Assembly (NCBI GenBank): GCA_951406725.2 | Contig: OX597836.1 | Location: 7,378,001 to 7,442,000 of the forward strand | DNA: 64,000 bases | Direction of reading: 5' to 3' | From: Octopus vulgaris | Lineage: Eukaryota | In this document: one piece after another, positions 11,011 through 24,132 of the stretch | Layout of the letters: every line of letters begins with the position of its first letter | How positions within the stretch are numbered: position 1 is the stretch's first letter | Translations under genes and position numbers: made by a program | Notes under the pieces: generated by a model | Seen by the model: only the letters and a program-made list of their open reading frames with translations | Databases searched by the model: none | What the model was told of the DNA's origin: nothing

Positions 11011-12104
11011 TTTTTTTGTTTTTTTTTTATATATATATGTGACTAGCAACAAAACAACAACAACAACAATGCTATCACCATATGCAAACTGGAATTCTTG
11101 TTAATGGTCCAAGATTTATTGTCTAACGACTAAACATAACTGCTTCAGGATTCATAACTATACATCAGGTGAGGTTTTATTGTAGTTCACATCAATAAAC
11201 CGTGTGAGGCAGAGGGGGTGGGATTGAAAATTATGAGCCCTACAGTGTTAATGGTTAATGATTAATCAATAATCTTTTGACCAACTACAAGACTCCCAGT
11301 GAAAACATTTATCTGGAATGGTAGTTGTTGTTGTTGTTGTAACAGCATTCTACTGACGACCATGGTTAACATGCAGTTTGGAATTATAAAAACAAAAGTG
11401 AAAATAAATTGTGATAGAAACTGGAAGTAATGACAATGAAATCCTGCACTTCTTTGTATTTATATAACATAGGTGTAGGCATGGGCATGAGGTAAGAGGT
11501 TTGCTTCCCAGCCATATGGTTTCGGGTTCAGTCCCACTGCATGGCACTTTGAGCAAGTGTCTGCTAATATAGCCTCAGGCTGACCAAAGCCTTGAGAGGC
11601 GATTTGGTAGAAAGAAGCTGAAAGAAGTTCGTCATATATGTGTGCACGTGCGTGTCTTGACAGCTGGTGTTGGTGTGTTTACATCCCCGTAACTTAGCTG
11701 AGCAGCAAAACAGTCCAATAGAATAAGTATCAGGCATAAAAAATGACATTAAAATAAGCACTGGGGTCGTTTCGTGCAACTAAAATTCTTCAAAATGGTG
11801 ACCCAGCATGGTCGCACTCTAGCGACTGAAACAAGACAGAAGCTATAGTAAATAACTGGCAGAGTTTCTACAGCTGGATGCCCTTCCTAACGCCAGCCAT
11901 TCCGAGTGTGTAGTGGGTGCTTTTACGTGCCACTGGCATGAGGGCCAGTTAAGTGGTACTGGCAACGGCCACGCTCAAATGGTATTTTTATGTGCCACCT
12001 GCACAGGAGCCAGTCCAGCAGCACTGGCAACGATCTTGCTCGAATGTTTTTTTTTCACGTGCCACCAGCACAAGTGCCAGTGAGGCGACGCTGGTAACGA
12101 TCAC

Positions 12105-12412
12105 TGCAGGGACAATAACCTTGCTGTTGATATTTCTAGGTGGATGGTTAGTATTAGCCAAATAAATGTTATTATCTTCAGCAATTGGATTCCCACTCAA
12201 CAAACTAATACTATGTGAAGAGACAATTTGTGAAAGATCGCCTGTGTTAGAAAAGCCAATCCCAGCTGTATGTGAGTTGTTAACAGAGCAATACCTAGAA
12301 TTCCTTGAAAAATTCCCAACAACAGCCTCACGGAACTGGAAAGGAAGATTAGACTCAACTTGCCTCCCATAAGGAACAATCAACCAAATAGTCATGCTAG
12401 CAGTTGCCCCAA
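12105..12412 (-). other. Orphan coding-like fragment (~100 codons), product unknown
   Basis: Stop-free minus frame IGATASMTIWLIVPYGRQVESNLPFQFREAVVGNFSRNSRYCSV...NINSKVIVPA, with T-ending codon bias and a largely open antisense shadow frame; no good splice sites; abutted by SINEs. Confidence 0.4.
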
Positions 12413-12639
12413 TCATCATCATCATTTAGCGTCCGCTTTCCATGCTAGCATGGGTTGGACGGTTCAACTGGGGTCTGGGAAGCCAGAAGGCTGCACCAGG
12501 CCCAGTCTTATCTGGCAGTGTTTCTACAGCTGGATGCCCTTCCTAACGCCAACCACTCCGTGAGTGTTGTGGGTGCTTTTTACGTGCCACCGGCACAGGG
12601 ACCAGGCGAATATATATATATATATACATATACAGTGAT

Positions 12640-12812
12640 AATTTACAATAAACAAAAGACGAAGACGGATGTGTAAACAAATAGATGTATTAGTTTAACA
12701 CTGGGGAAGTGAGAAAGTCTTTTACGTTTTGAGCCTACGCTCTTCAACAGAAAAGAACACAGAAATAAGCAGAGAGAGAAAATAAAAAAGGTTTAGTGGC
12801 AAGCAATCAATA
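12640..12812 (-). mobile_element. Short hammerhead-bearing element (Penelope pLTR/retrozyme-like), copy 1
   Basis: Minus: ctttt-CTGTTGA-A-GAGC-GTAG-GCTC-aAAAC-GTA-aaaga (12718-12756); homologous to 31031-31216 and 33785-33972. Confidence 0.65.
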
Positions 12813-13024
12813 CATATTAAATTCAATCTTACATTGAAAGTCAACAAACTTTGCTGTAGAAGCGTTGAGATGTATTGAAAGATAGAGATAAGGAAATGAT
12901 TTTATTCTCAAACGCAGCATAATGTTATCCATATTTGGCAGAAATCTTTCTGCAAAACACGGATAGTTTATCCTGTTCATGCTATATTATTAGCATTATC
13001 TTACATTTGAGAAGAAAATTATTT

Positions 13025-13029
13025 CCCTA

Positions 13030-13082
<53 letters not shown>

Positions 13083-13164
13083 GTATGTGTGTATGTATAT
13101 ATATATGTGTGTGTGTGTGTGCGTATAAATATATATATATATATAATGTATGTGTGTATATATG

Positions 13165-13209
<45 letters not shown>

Positions 13210-14807
13210 ATATATATGTAGATTGGGCGGCGAGCTGGCAGAATCGTTAGCACGCCAGGCGAAATGCTCGGCAGTATGCGTGTATATGTATATATATATA
13301 TATGTGTGTATATGTGTGTGTGTGTGTATCTATATATATATACATATGTATATATATATATGTGTGTGTGTGTATACATATATATATATGTATATATGTG
13401 TGTGTGTGTTTATATATATGTAGATATATATATGTGCGTATATATATAGTGTGTGTTTGTATATATGTATGTGTGTGTGTATAAATATATATATATACTG
13501 TAAGTTTAGAGGGAATACTTGATAAGTGTAAGCACCTGTATATAACAGTTAAAAATGATGTTTGATGTATATATATATATATATATATATACCAGTATAT
13601 GTATATAAGTGTGTATGCATGTGTGGGTGTTTGTCCATACATAGAGTAATGAGTGTATGCAAGAGTGTTTGTATTCCATTTAGTGTTTGATTATGAGGGG
13701 TGTGTATGTATGTATGCATGTATGTATGTGTACATACAGATATGTATTAGTAAACTATGAGTGCATGCAAGAGAGTACGGGTTACTATCTTTGCATGGAT
13801 ACAGGCCTGCTTGCATATACACGTGTGTGTCTGTATGAGTGCGTGTGTGTTTGTGTATGCATATATTTATGTATGTATATATGTGTATTTGTCTGAATTT
13901 ACGTATGTATGTGTGCATATTTATGCATATGTGTATTTATGTATGTATATGTGTATGCATGTATTTATGTATGTATATGTGTGTATTTATGTATAAGTGC
14001 ATGTGTATTTTTGTATGTATACACATATGTGTATTTATGTATGTATATGTGTGTATTTATGTATATGTGTGTGTATTTATGTACATGTGTGAGTATTTAT
14101 GCATGCATATATATGTGTATGCGTGTATATATATGTGGCGTTTGTATTTATGAGTATTTGTATTTCACATAGTATTTGTACACGTACGTATACACACATG
14201 CATGGCAAGCATGTGTGTATAACATCTACTTTTACTGTGCATTGGTGGTGATGGTGGGTGGGTGGGGGGTTCTGTATAAATACGTGATAGGATAAAGATC
14301 AATACAAGCTAATATATATAAATAGAGCAATGAAACATATCAAAACTTCCCAGAAAGTAAATATTTCACTCACTCGCTTGCTCACCCCACCCGCTCTGCT
14401 TCGCCCCACCCCACACTATCCTACCCCTTCCCTATCAGGAGATCTACCTTTATATTTATTTGACTCAATCAAAAGTCTGTCTCTATCTGCCTACACATAT
14501 TTCACCAAGGCATTCCTCACCACCACCAGTCACACTTCCTATCTACCTACCTACCGACCTACCTACCTATCCATATTTCTGTTTCAATATACAAATGCAC
14601 CCACCCATCCACCCACACACACACATACGTGCGCACATATTTTATAAACTGTGCATGTGTGTGTACACATATGTAAGATCGATAATTAAGCGAACTGTAA
14701 CGAATATGTGCCTCTTTATTACCAGAACGACCTTTGTAAAATACAAAATATATACATACACACACACACACATATATATATATACATACATACATACATA
14801 TACCTAA

Positions 14808-14840
<33 letters not shown>

Positions 14841-14916
14841 CACACATATATACCTAAATATATATACATACATATACATACCTAAATATATAATATATAT
14901 ACATACATACATATAT

Positions 14917-14959
<43 letters not shown>

Positions 14960-15131
14960 CATACATACATTTACATATATACACATACCTATATATATAC
15001 CTATACATATATAGACACACACTCACAAAAACATAAACACACACATATACATACATACATACACATATTTGTCTGCATGCATATGTGTGTGCACAAGTAT
15101 TTAGCATTACTTAACATTTCACACAAAATAC

Positions 15132-15164
<33 letters not shown>

Positions 15165-15235
15165 CGCACAAACACACACACACACACATTTACATGCACA
15201 CACAGAGAAATTATATATATATATATATATATATA
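13025..15235. repeat. Large compound (TA)/(TG)/(CA) low-complexity region
   Basis: Direct reading; similar blocks at 18400-19330, 29700-30330, 47770-48960, 52140-52360 and 54340-54730. Confidence 0.9.
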
Positions 15236-17759
15236 TAGCACAGTTTATTTATTTATTTGAAGCTGATGATTCGCTTCGCTGTTATTTGTGACGCCTGAAT
15301 GAACAGGGAGCACTCTGGTATAAATCAGGTCTCAAATGTGCGTGGGTGAGTGGGTGTGGGTGTATGCATATATGTGTGCGCGTGCATGTGTGTACGTGCA
15401 TCCATGTATGCGTGCGTTTTACTAGTTTCAGTCATTGCATTGTGGCCATGCTGTGTCTCCCCCTTTCCAGGGTTTTTGTCGGTTATATCAAACCCCCGGG
15501 CACTGTTGTATTTTGTTAAGTAGATATTTTCTTGATGTCGTAAGGGTGAGGGGTACAAATTCAACAGGGCATGTAGCTTTGGGGGGGGATGAAATACCAG
15601 AAGGTATTTTTGTTCTTCGCACCAAATATTCCACTACATTCCTCAACACTATTGCCCCTGACCCCATTGTCAAGGGGTGTTTGTCTTGCAACTTATTTGT
15701 TGACCCTGTTCGTGCTGGTGCCTCATAAAAGGCACCCAGTCCACTCTGTAAAGTGGTTGGCATTAAGAAGGTCATCCAAGGCGGCAAGCTGGCAGAACTG
15801 TTAACACACTGGGTGAAATGCTTAATGGTATCTCATTTGTCATATTCTGAGTTCAAATTCCACCGAGGTTGACTTTGTCTTTCATCCTTTCGGGGTCAAT
15901 AAATTAAGTACCAGTGAAACACTGGGGTAGATGTAATCAAATAGTCCCCGTCCCCCAAATTTCAAGCTTTGTGCCTATAGTAGAAAGGATTAAGAAGGTC
16001 ATCCACCTATAGAAGTCATGCCAAATCAGACAGAGCTTATCACAGCACCCTGGCTTGCCAGCTGCTATCAAACCATCTATTGATGTCATAAAAAAAAAAT
16101 ACATATTTCCTTCCCAAGCGGTGCCAGGCTCATAAGGGCCAGTTTCCCGGTGTCAGGGCACATATATTCCCCACCTGGAAAAGATACCGGTCCCTCACAA
16201 ACACTTGGTCAGTGGGTTTGGCCAAGTTCTTTTACCACAGGGAGATGGAGAAATCCAATGTTTTGGACCTGATCATCCATCTAAAAGACAGAGAACAATT
16301 TTTCTAAAACCACCACCACCACCACCACCACCCGATGGAACACAGAAAAAAAAAAGTAAGTAGCTTGCTTAGTAACTACATGGTTCCGGGTTCAGTCCCA
16401 CTGCGTGGCACCTTGGGCAAACGTCTTCTACTATAGCCTCAGGCCAACCAAAGCCATGTGAGTGGATTTGGTTGATGGAAACTGAAAGAAGCTCGTCATA
16501 TGTGTGTGTTTGTCCCCCCAACATCGCTTGACAACTGATGCTGGTGTGTTTACATCCCTGTAACTTAGCGGTTCGGTTAAAGAGACTGATAGAATAAGCA
16601 CTAGGCTTACAAAGAATAAGTCCAGGTGTTGATTTTCATCGACTAAAGGCGGTGCTCCAGCATGGCCGCAGTCAAATGACTGAAATAACTAAAAAAAGAA
16701 TAACACTTATCTAACCTCACTGTCCCCCATTGCATATAATTCTTGCCAACGAGACAGACCGCCGCAACAAATTTCCATAGACTCTGGTATTCCACTAACA
16801 GACAAACAGACAGACACACATTAACTAGTTTTCAACTCCAGTGATTTATAGTCAATTTCTTGTCAAATGATCTCAACAGCATTTTCCCTTGTTTCCTATT
16901 TTTTTACTGGTTATTTTTTTTTTTCCAGTTTGGTTTTGTTTCTTCCCCGTTTTAATCTATATTCCACAGACTGTCATGACAGTTTGGAATTACATGGATT
17001 CTTCATTTCACCGTTGTCATGTTCTTGTGGAGGGTTTCGCACATGGACGGAACATTTAGCTTCTATCGGTCAAAGAAACCATTGTCTAAGTAGATGAGCT
17101 TAAATATAAGCTGACTTTACATCAATCATAATTTTTTTTAGCAATTTTAGAGTTTACGCTTCATTTTGTTGTTTATTTCACCAGTTTTTTTTTTTTTTTC
17201 ATTTTTTCCCCAGTTTTTATATTCACTCTTGACAAAAAAGAGATTTCTACAGCAGCTGTTACCATTGTTGTTAAATAATATTCCAGTGGTCAAGTACTAA
17301 CAGAAGTGGTTAAGCGTTGGACAAAAGGCTTCACAGTACTTAGTCTAATAGCAATTTCATTGTGAGTTTCAATGACGCTAAAGTCAATTTTACTTTCCGT
17401 TGTGGCTTCATTTCTGCTTTTCCATTCTCGGCTCAACAAAACAAGTACTAAGTACCAGTCAAGTACTGCATTTCATCAGAACAACAACTATAACCACCAC
17501 ACAAATTCCGAAGCCTTGGGTTTATTTCAGTGAGTGAGGCTTTACGAGTTTGTCCGGCTTGATAATAAACACTGCATCAGTTTCTTATTTCTTTATTGCT
17601 CACAAGGGGCTAAACATAGAGGGGACAAACAAGGGCAGACAAAGGCTCCGGTTTCAGTCCCGCTGTGTGTCACCTTGGGCAAGTGTCTTCTACTATAGCC
17701 TCAGGCCGGCCAAAGTCTTCTGAGTGGATTTGGTAGATGGAAACTGAAAGAAGCTATCA

Positions 17760-17841
<82 letters not shown>

Positions 17842-18413
17842 TCCACCCCACCATCACGCGACTACGGATGTTGGTGTGTTTACGTCCCCGTAACTTAGCA
17901 GTTCGGCAAAAAGAACCTGACAGAATAAGTACCAGGCTTACAAAGAATAAGTCCTGGGGTCAGTTCGTTCAACTAAAAAGCAGTGCTCCAGCATGGCCAC
18001 AGTCAAATGACTGAAACAAGTAAAAGAATAAAAGAATATATACACACACACACACACACATAAGTATACATATATTAATATACAAATACATATATATATA
18101 CGCATATAGACACATATACACATACATACACAAAAATATATATAAACATACACACACACACATACATACACATACACACACATCCATATACGCACATATA
18201 TATATATATAGTACCATAATTAGCATGACAATGTCAACACTGCTTATCTTCCAAATCTCTGTAGTATTATTCTTTGGCACTGAATAATGGCACCCACCCG
18301 TAGAGTGTCAGGAGGAGAGAAACACATATTCTTCAGGCTTTCAGTGGAACTGGAGAAGCTGCTGCTAATGTTAAAGAACATCTGATGTCAGTCAAGCATG
18401 TGGGAGTGTGCGT

Positions 18414-18460
<47 letters not shown>

Positions 18461-18586
18461 TGTGAGTGTGTGTTTGTGTGTGTGTGTGTGTGCGTATATT
18501 AAATACACACACATACATGTATGTACATGCACAAAAATATGCATAAATACATGCATTCATACACACATTCATAAATACAAAGATAT

Positions 18587-18617
<31 letters not shown>

Positions 18618-18942
18618 CACACACATATACACATACACATATACATATATATATACACATACACATGTATACATATATACATACACACACATCACACATA
18701 CACAAAATATATACACATAAATACACAGTATACACACATACATACACATCACACACGCACATATATATATATACATACATACACAAAAATATACATAAAT
18801 ACATGCATTCATACACAGATATACACACACATACATATATACACAGAAATACATATATACATACACATCACACATACACAAACATATACACACATACATA
18901 CACATCACACACACATATTTATATATATATATATATATATAT

Positions 18943-19120
18943 CAGTGGTTTTCAACCAGGGTTCCGCCAGTACAGTCCAGGGGTTACAATCGGCAGTAAT
19001 TTTTAATTCTCCTGTGCAGATATGTGTGCATAAGACTATTAAATTATTGCACAGGGGTTCCTCGAGCCTGTGGAATGTTTCCTTGGGGTTCCGCTCCAGC
19101 AAAAAGTTTGAAAAGCACTG
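18943..19120. mobile_element. hAT-type MITE
   Basis: Termini cagtggttttcaa...ttgaaaagcactg; near-identical 8-bp flanks atatatat/atatataa inside (TA)n. Confidence 0.8.
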
Positions 19121-19172
19121 ATATATAAATATATATATATATACATAAATACATGCATTCATACACACATTC

Positions 19173-19211
<39 letters not shown>

Positions 19212-19904
19212 AATATACACAAATACATGCATTCATACACACATTCATAAATACAAATATATACACACACACATTTATATATATATATATATTTATATAC
19301 ACACATACATACAAATCACACACACACACACTCACGCACATGTACTTCTCCGCTGGAATAGCTACATGCTCGGCACGAAAGTCTATTCATTGTAATTTGT
19401 GATAAACTCTATCCACCAGCATCCACTCCACAACAATCAACCTTCTTAAGTAGCTGCTTGTTCTTCTGATCACATTCATAAAAGAAACCCTTTTGTTCAA
19501 GAACATACCAACATTCGTCTCAGACTTGGATTCACTCTGCAGAGAACCATCACAAACATGACTGACCAAGACATTGGAGAAAAAAGGAAAATCACAAAAG
19601 AAAACAATATAGCAAAAATAAACAGAGTTAAATTATTCCATCACAAAATAATTATACCAAGAAACAAAACAGGCACCTGTGTAGCATACTAAATGTATAT
19701 ACACAGAAGAAAGGCACGCTGCTGTGGTTATGCCTGAGAGAAAATCTCTTCATAGGTACCTACCTCATCATTACTATCATCAAGGTCCCTTAATGCAGCT
19801 AATCGTTGCGGTGCCAGTCTATACCAAGAAGCAAAATAGGCACCTGTGTAGCAAACTAAATGTATATGCAAAGAAAGGCATAAAATCTCTTCATAGGTAG
19901 GTAT

Positions 19905-20437
19905 TCATCATCATCATCATTATCATTATCACCTCTTAACTGATGCAACCAGTCATTGCGGTGCCACTCTAGATGCTTTCACAGTCAGCTGTCACCACTG
20001 GTTTCTGTTCTCTGTCATGTGTAGCAGGTTTGCTGTGTTGTTACATGTCCAGTCCTCGATGTTACCAAATCAGGATTTTTTTTTCTGTCTACCTTTCCTT
20101 TGCCCTCCCTCAACTGTTCCCTGAAGATCCACCTTAGTTTCCTCAGCCATATCGAAGCTCAACAACATATGGAAAAGAAATTCCATTAGTTTTTTTCCAA
20201 CAAGGCTCAGAGTGTACAAGACCCTGATGACTTCAATCCTTCTGTATGGGGTGTGAGAACTGAACTCTTACAGCTGATATAGAGTAAAGAATCCAGGCAT
20301 TAGAGCACAAGGGCTTCAGAAGACTACCATGCATCCCACACATACAGCAGAAAACAAACAGGGTTGTCAGACAGCAATGCAACCAGATACAGTGGCAGAC
20401 AGGAACCACTCCTTGCACAGGTAAAAAGATGAAACAC
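19905..20437 (-). mobile_element. Degenerate RTE-clade LINE with inverted 5' segment
   Basis: 19905-20128 minus: LQGTVEGGQRKGRQ...NIEDWT...W*QL plus (atg)n tail; 20135-20437 plus: PTRLRVYKTLMTSILLYG-EN*TLTADIE*RIQALEHKGFRRL...QEPLLAQVKR. Confidence 0.75.
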
Positions 20438-20504
20438 AGGTATGAAGAACACAAAACATATCAGAGCGAAACAAATTTTATCATAGCAGAGGCCGAGGGG
20501 AGCA

Positions 20505-20811
20505 TTGTTGTCTGTTCCTTCTCGAGCCATGCATGGCTCAAAAGGGCCAGTTTCCCGGTTCCCTTGGCGTATAGGTTCCCCACCTGGATGGGACGCTGGT
20601 CTGTCGCAGGTGAGCTGCAAGATGCAGGAGGAAAGAGTGAGAGAAAGTTGTGGTGAAAGAGTCAGCAGAAGTTCGCCATTACTTTCTGCTGGAGCCGCGT
20701 GAAGCTTAGTTGTTTCGCTCATAAACACACACATCGCCCGGTCTGAGATTTGAACCAGTGATCCCTCGACTGCGAGTCCACTGCTCTAACCACTAGGCCA
20801 TGTGCCTCCAC
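20505..20811 (-). mobile_element. tRNA(Arg)-like-head SINE (family E) with gaaactggccc tail
   Basis: Minus: ggaggcacatggcctagtggttagagcagtggactcgcagtcg...ggttcaaatctc head; tail gggaaccgggaaactggcccttttgagccatgcatggctcgagaagg. Confidence 0.8.
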
Positions 20812-21427
20812 TATGGGAGCATTATATTCACTTCAACCTCCTTTCAGACATGCAACAGAATGAGAACACATTACTGACAGAATGCAGTATAGTCCTTCAT
20901 ACACCTAAAACATATGGATTGGTCGTGGTTGACTGGCATACCTTTGATTGTAGGTCTGTGTGATCAACAGAGCGAAACAACAACAACAACAACATAAATA
21001 TACTTCGCTTTTACATTTTTAACTTTTTTTTTTTCCCCCTTTTTGTATTTCTGCAAACTAATGTCTGCAACCACAGATCACTGCCGCCAACGCCGCCACG
21101 GCCATCCTTGAGATCTTCTGAATTTCAGCCAGAATAATTGAATTCTCTAACGAATACATTTGAGACAATTTCCTAAGGAGTGTCAAAGGAAACAGCTAAG
21201 GATAAGAGACGTTCTAAATTTAGAAGAATAGGGGGTCACTTCTGTCGAGATTCAACCGGCCAAAAGCAGCTTAAGAACAGGATGGGGAATTTCACTGAAG
21301 ACTGTCAACACTTCTCCTCCCCCCGCCCCGCACCCCCACCAATTTTTATGTAAACTCCCACACAAACTGTAACATATCTTTGTGATGTCGTTACTCATCT
21401 GACACCATGGTGACAAATAAAAGAAAT

Positions 21428-21469
<42 letters not shown>

Positions 21470-21471
<2 letters not shown>

Positions 21472-21635
21472 CGTTCTGAGTTCAAATCCTACCAAGGTCA
21501 GCTTTGCATTTCATCCCTTCGGGGTGTGACAAAATAAAGCCCCAGTCAAATGATGGTATCAATGTAATCACCTATCCCCCCCCACTCCCCACAAAATGTC
21601 ACACCTTGTGCTTTCCATAGAAAGGATTATTATTA

Positions 21636-21669
<34 letters not shown>

Positions 21670-22160
21670 GGTGGCAAGCTGGCAGAATCGTTAGCACGCC
21701 AGGTGAAACGCTTAGCGGCATTTTGTCTGCCACTACGTTCTGAATTCAAATTCTGTCGACTTTGCTATTCATTTTTTCGGGGTTGATAAATTAAGTACCA
21801 GTGAAATACTGGGGTCGATGTAATCAACTAGCCCCCATCCCCAAAATTTCAGGCCTTGTGCCTTTAGTAGAAAGGACCATTATTACTATTATTATGATGA
21901 TGATGATGATAATGATGAACAACCTTAATTGAATTTCAAATCTTAGATTTTCATCAGAGACATCTACATCTGTTTCACCAATTCCAGAGAAACAGGCAGC
22001 CAGTCGCTTTATATACTCAACAGTTACGGTAGTTCTGAGTAAAAACGCCGTCATAGTTGACTCTACTTTTTATCCTTTTCAGGTCAATGAAATAAGCACC
22101 AGTTTTGTTCCGGGGTCAATTTTCACACAAAATTTCAGGCCTTCTACCTATAATGGAAAG
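21470..22160 (+). mobile_element. Three head-to-tail family B SINEs
   Basis: Copies about 21470-21625, 21668-21876 and 21990-22160, separated by (att)n/(atg)n. Confidence 0.8.
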
Positions 22161-22168
22161 GTTTGTTA

Positions 22169-22561
22169 TCTCTATATATATAAAGCTGAAGTTGTCTGTG
22201 TATGGTAGGTTTGGTAGCCTTCAACTAACACAATCTCCTCCGAGACCCTGCGGTGCAAGTTGACCAAAATTGAGAGTATGATAGAAGAAGGCTTGCTCTT
22301 CCTTCCGTAGAAGAAAAAATTCAAATCGGACCATGTTAACACCAAAAATTATTTACATCAAAAAGGTGCTTTTTTTTCGACGAAAATCCCTATTTTTTAC
22401 GATTTTTTGACTGCTGTGTTGCCATTTTTCGGTGTATTTCAACCGGAAAAATGTTCACTTAAAGAGAATAACAAGCTACATAATGCACAATTTTTACTTT
22501 TAAAAAATTCCAATTCTAAAGGGTCGAAACAAACCCGAGCAACGCCGGGCGATACTGCTAG
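22169..22561 (+). mobile_element. Non-autonomous Helitron
   Basis: Starts TC after A, ends CTAG before T; GC-rich subterminal hairpin cccgagcaacgccggg about 12 nt before the end; no TSD. Confidence 0.8.
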
Positions 22562-24101
22562 TAAACTAGATAAACTCGACTTAGAGAGATAGGGGGGGTA
22601 GGACAAAGATTACATCACTTTACTCCCTTAACCATTAACGTCTGATACGACACAAATGGTCAACAGCAAATCTTAACATAGAATTCCAAAGTGAAACCAC
22701 TTGAGACCAAAAACTCGGCTTCAACATTTCTCAGAAATACAAACCAGCTTCCTTCAACGAACCAGATTTTAATTATCAATTCATTAAGATTAGCTGAGAC
22801 AGTTGACACATATCGCCTGTGGTCCTGCCTTTGTTTTCTGACGCAGACAAAAAAGACAAAATAAACTTGTTTGGACTGTTTTTTTTTAGCTTTATTTTCA
22901 ATTTATTTTACATTTTACTTTGCTTGTTTGGTCCTCATTTACTTCCTTGACTTAGAAAAAGAAACAAACGGTACACTGGAATTTGGCTATCTTTTGTTAC
23001 CATCAGCCCATGCGCTGAGCTGTGGCATTTATTCACACAGTTCCACACACATATATTAGGTTATCAGATAAATTTTCTCTTTTGTCTGTTACATATTCCA
23101 GTCACTAGAGTGTGGCCATGCTGGAGCACCATCTTCAGGAATTTTAATCCAATTTATCGACCCCAGTACCACTTTTTTTTTCTTTTTTAACCAGGTATTT
23201 ATTCTGATGAACTTTTTTTTGCCAAACTGCTAAGTTATGGGGACATAAACAAAACAACACCACCAGCTGTCAAACGGTAGTGCGGACAAACACAGAAGCA
23301 AAGACCCACACACAAATACATGATGGGCTTCTTGCAGTTTCCAGCTACCAAATCCACTCACAAGGCTTTAGTCAACCCAAGGCTATAGCAAAAAACACTT
23401 GCCCACAGTGCAATTGAACCTGGAACCAAGTGATTGGAAAGCAAACTTCCTACCACACACCTACAACAGCACCTGTTTATCCCCCCCCACCATTTATTTT
23501 AATCCTTCCCAATGTTATATGAATTAACACAAAAATTATTTTAATCGTAATGTTCTATGCTTAACGATTTTGAAATTTCAATGAATTTTATCTCTTTTCA
23601 GACACAGGAGCAGGCGAGGCTGTGTGGTAAGAAGCTTGCTTCCCAACCACATGGTTCCGGGTTCAGTCCCACTGCATGATACCTTGGGCAAGTGTCTTCT
23701 ACTAACTACAGCCTCGGGCCAGCCAAAGCTTTGTGAGTGGACTTAATAGACAAAAACTTGAGAGAAGCCCATCGCATATATATGTGTGTGTGCATGTGTG
23801 TGTTGCGCGCGCGTGTGTGTGCATGAAAAATGCACAAACGGAAAATGGACACAGAGTGGCGAGTTAAAAAAAAGTATTTAAAAAAAATGAATTTAACACA
23901 GACGAATGGAAAAACATAAGGGCACAAACAGAAGGAAAACAGACACAGAAGGCCCCTAAATTCCTCATCAGTTATTAACCAGATGGTATTACAGTTTTGT
24001 GTCATTAATGAGATAGAGATATAAGAGTTTTAACTCTTATTTCTTGCAGTATAGGTACTATTCAGCACCTTCAGCCACAATTAGTGATGATTAAATTTTT
24101 C

Positions 24102-24132
<31 letters not shown>

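Noticed and set aside
16970-17097. Plus-strand acceptor tattccacag followed by unique sequence
   Set aside because: No convincing donor and no recognisable peptide in any frame
20740-20811. tRNA-like sequences (also 40400-40472 and family A/B/D heads)
   Set aside because: Each continues into a SINE body and lacks a proper acceptor stem; not tRNA genes
22600-23060. Unique islands rich in TAAT, CCTTTGT, TGTTT and E-box motifs (also 23950-24100, 47250-47560)
   Set aside because: Such short motifs are expected by chance in AT-rich DNA; enhancer status needs conservation or chromatin data
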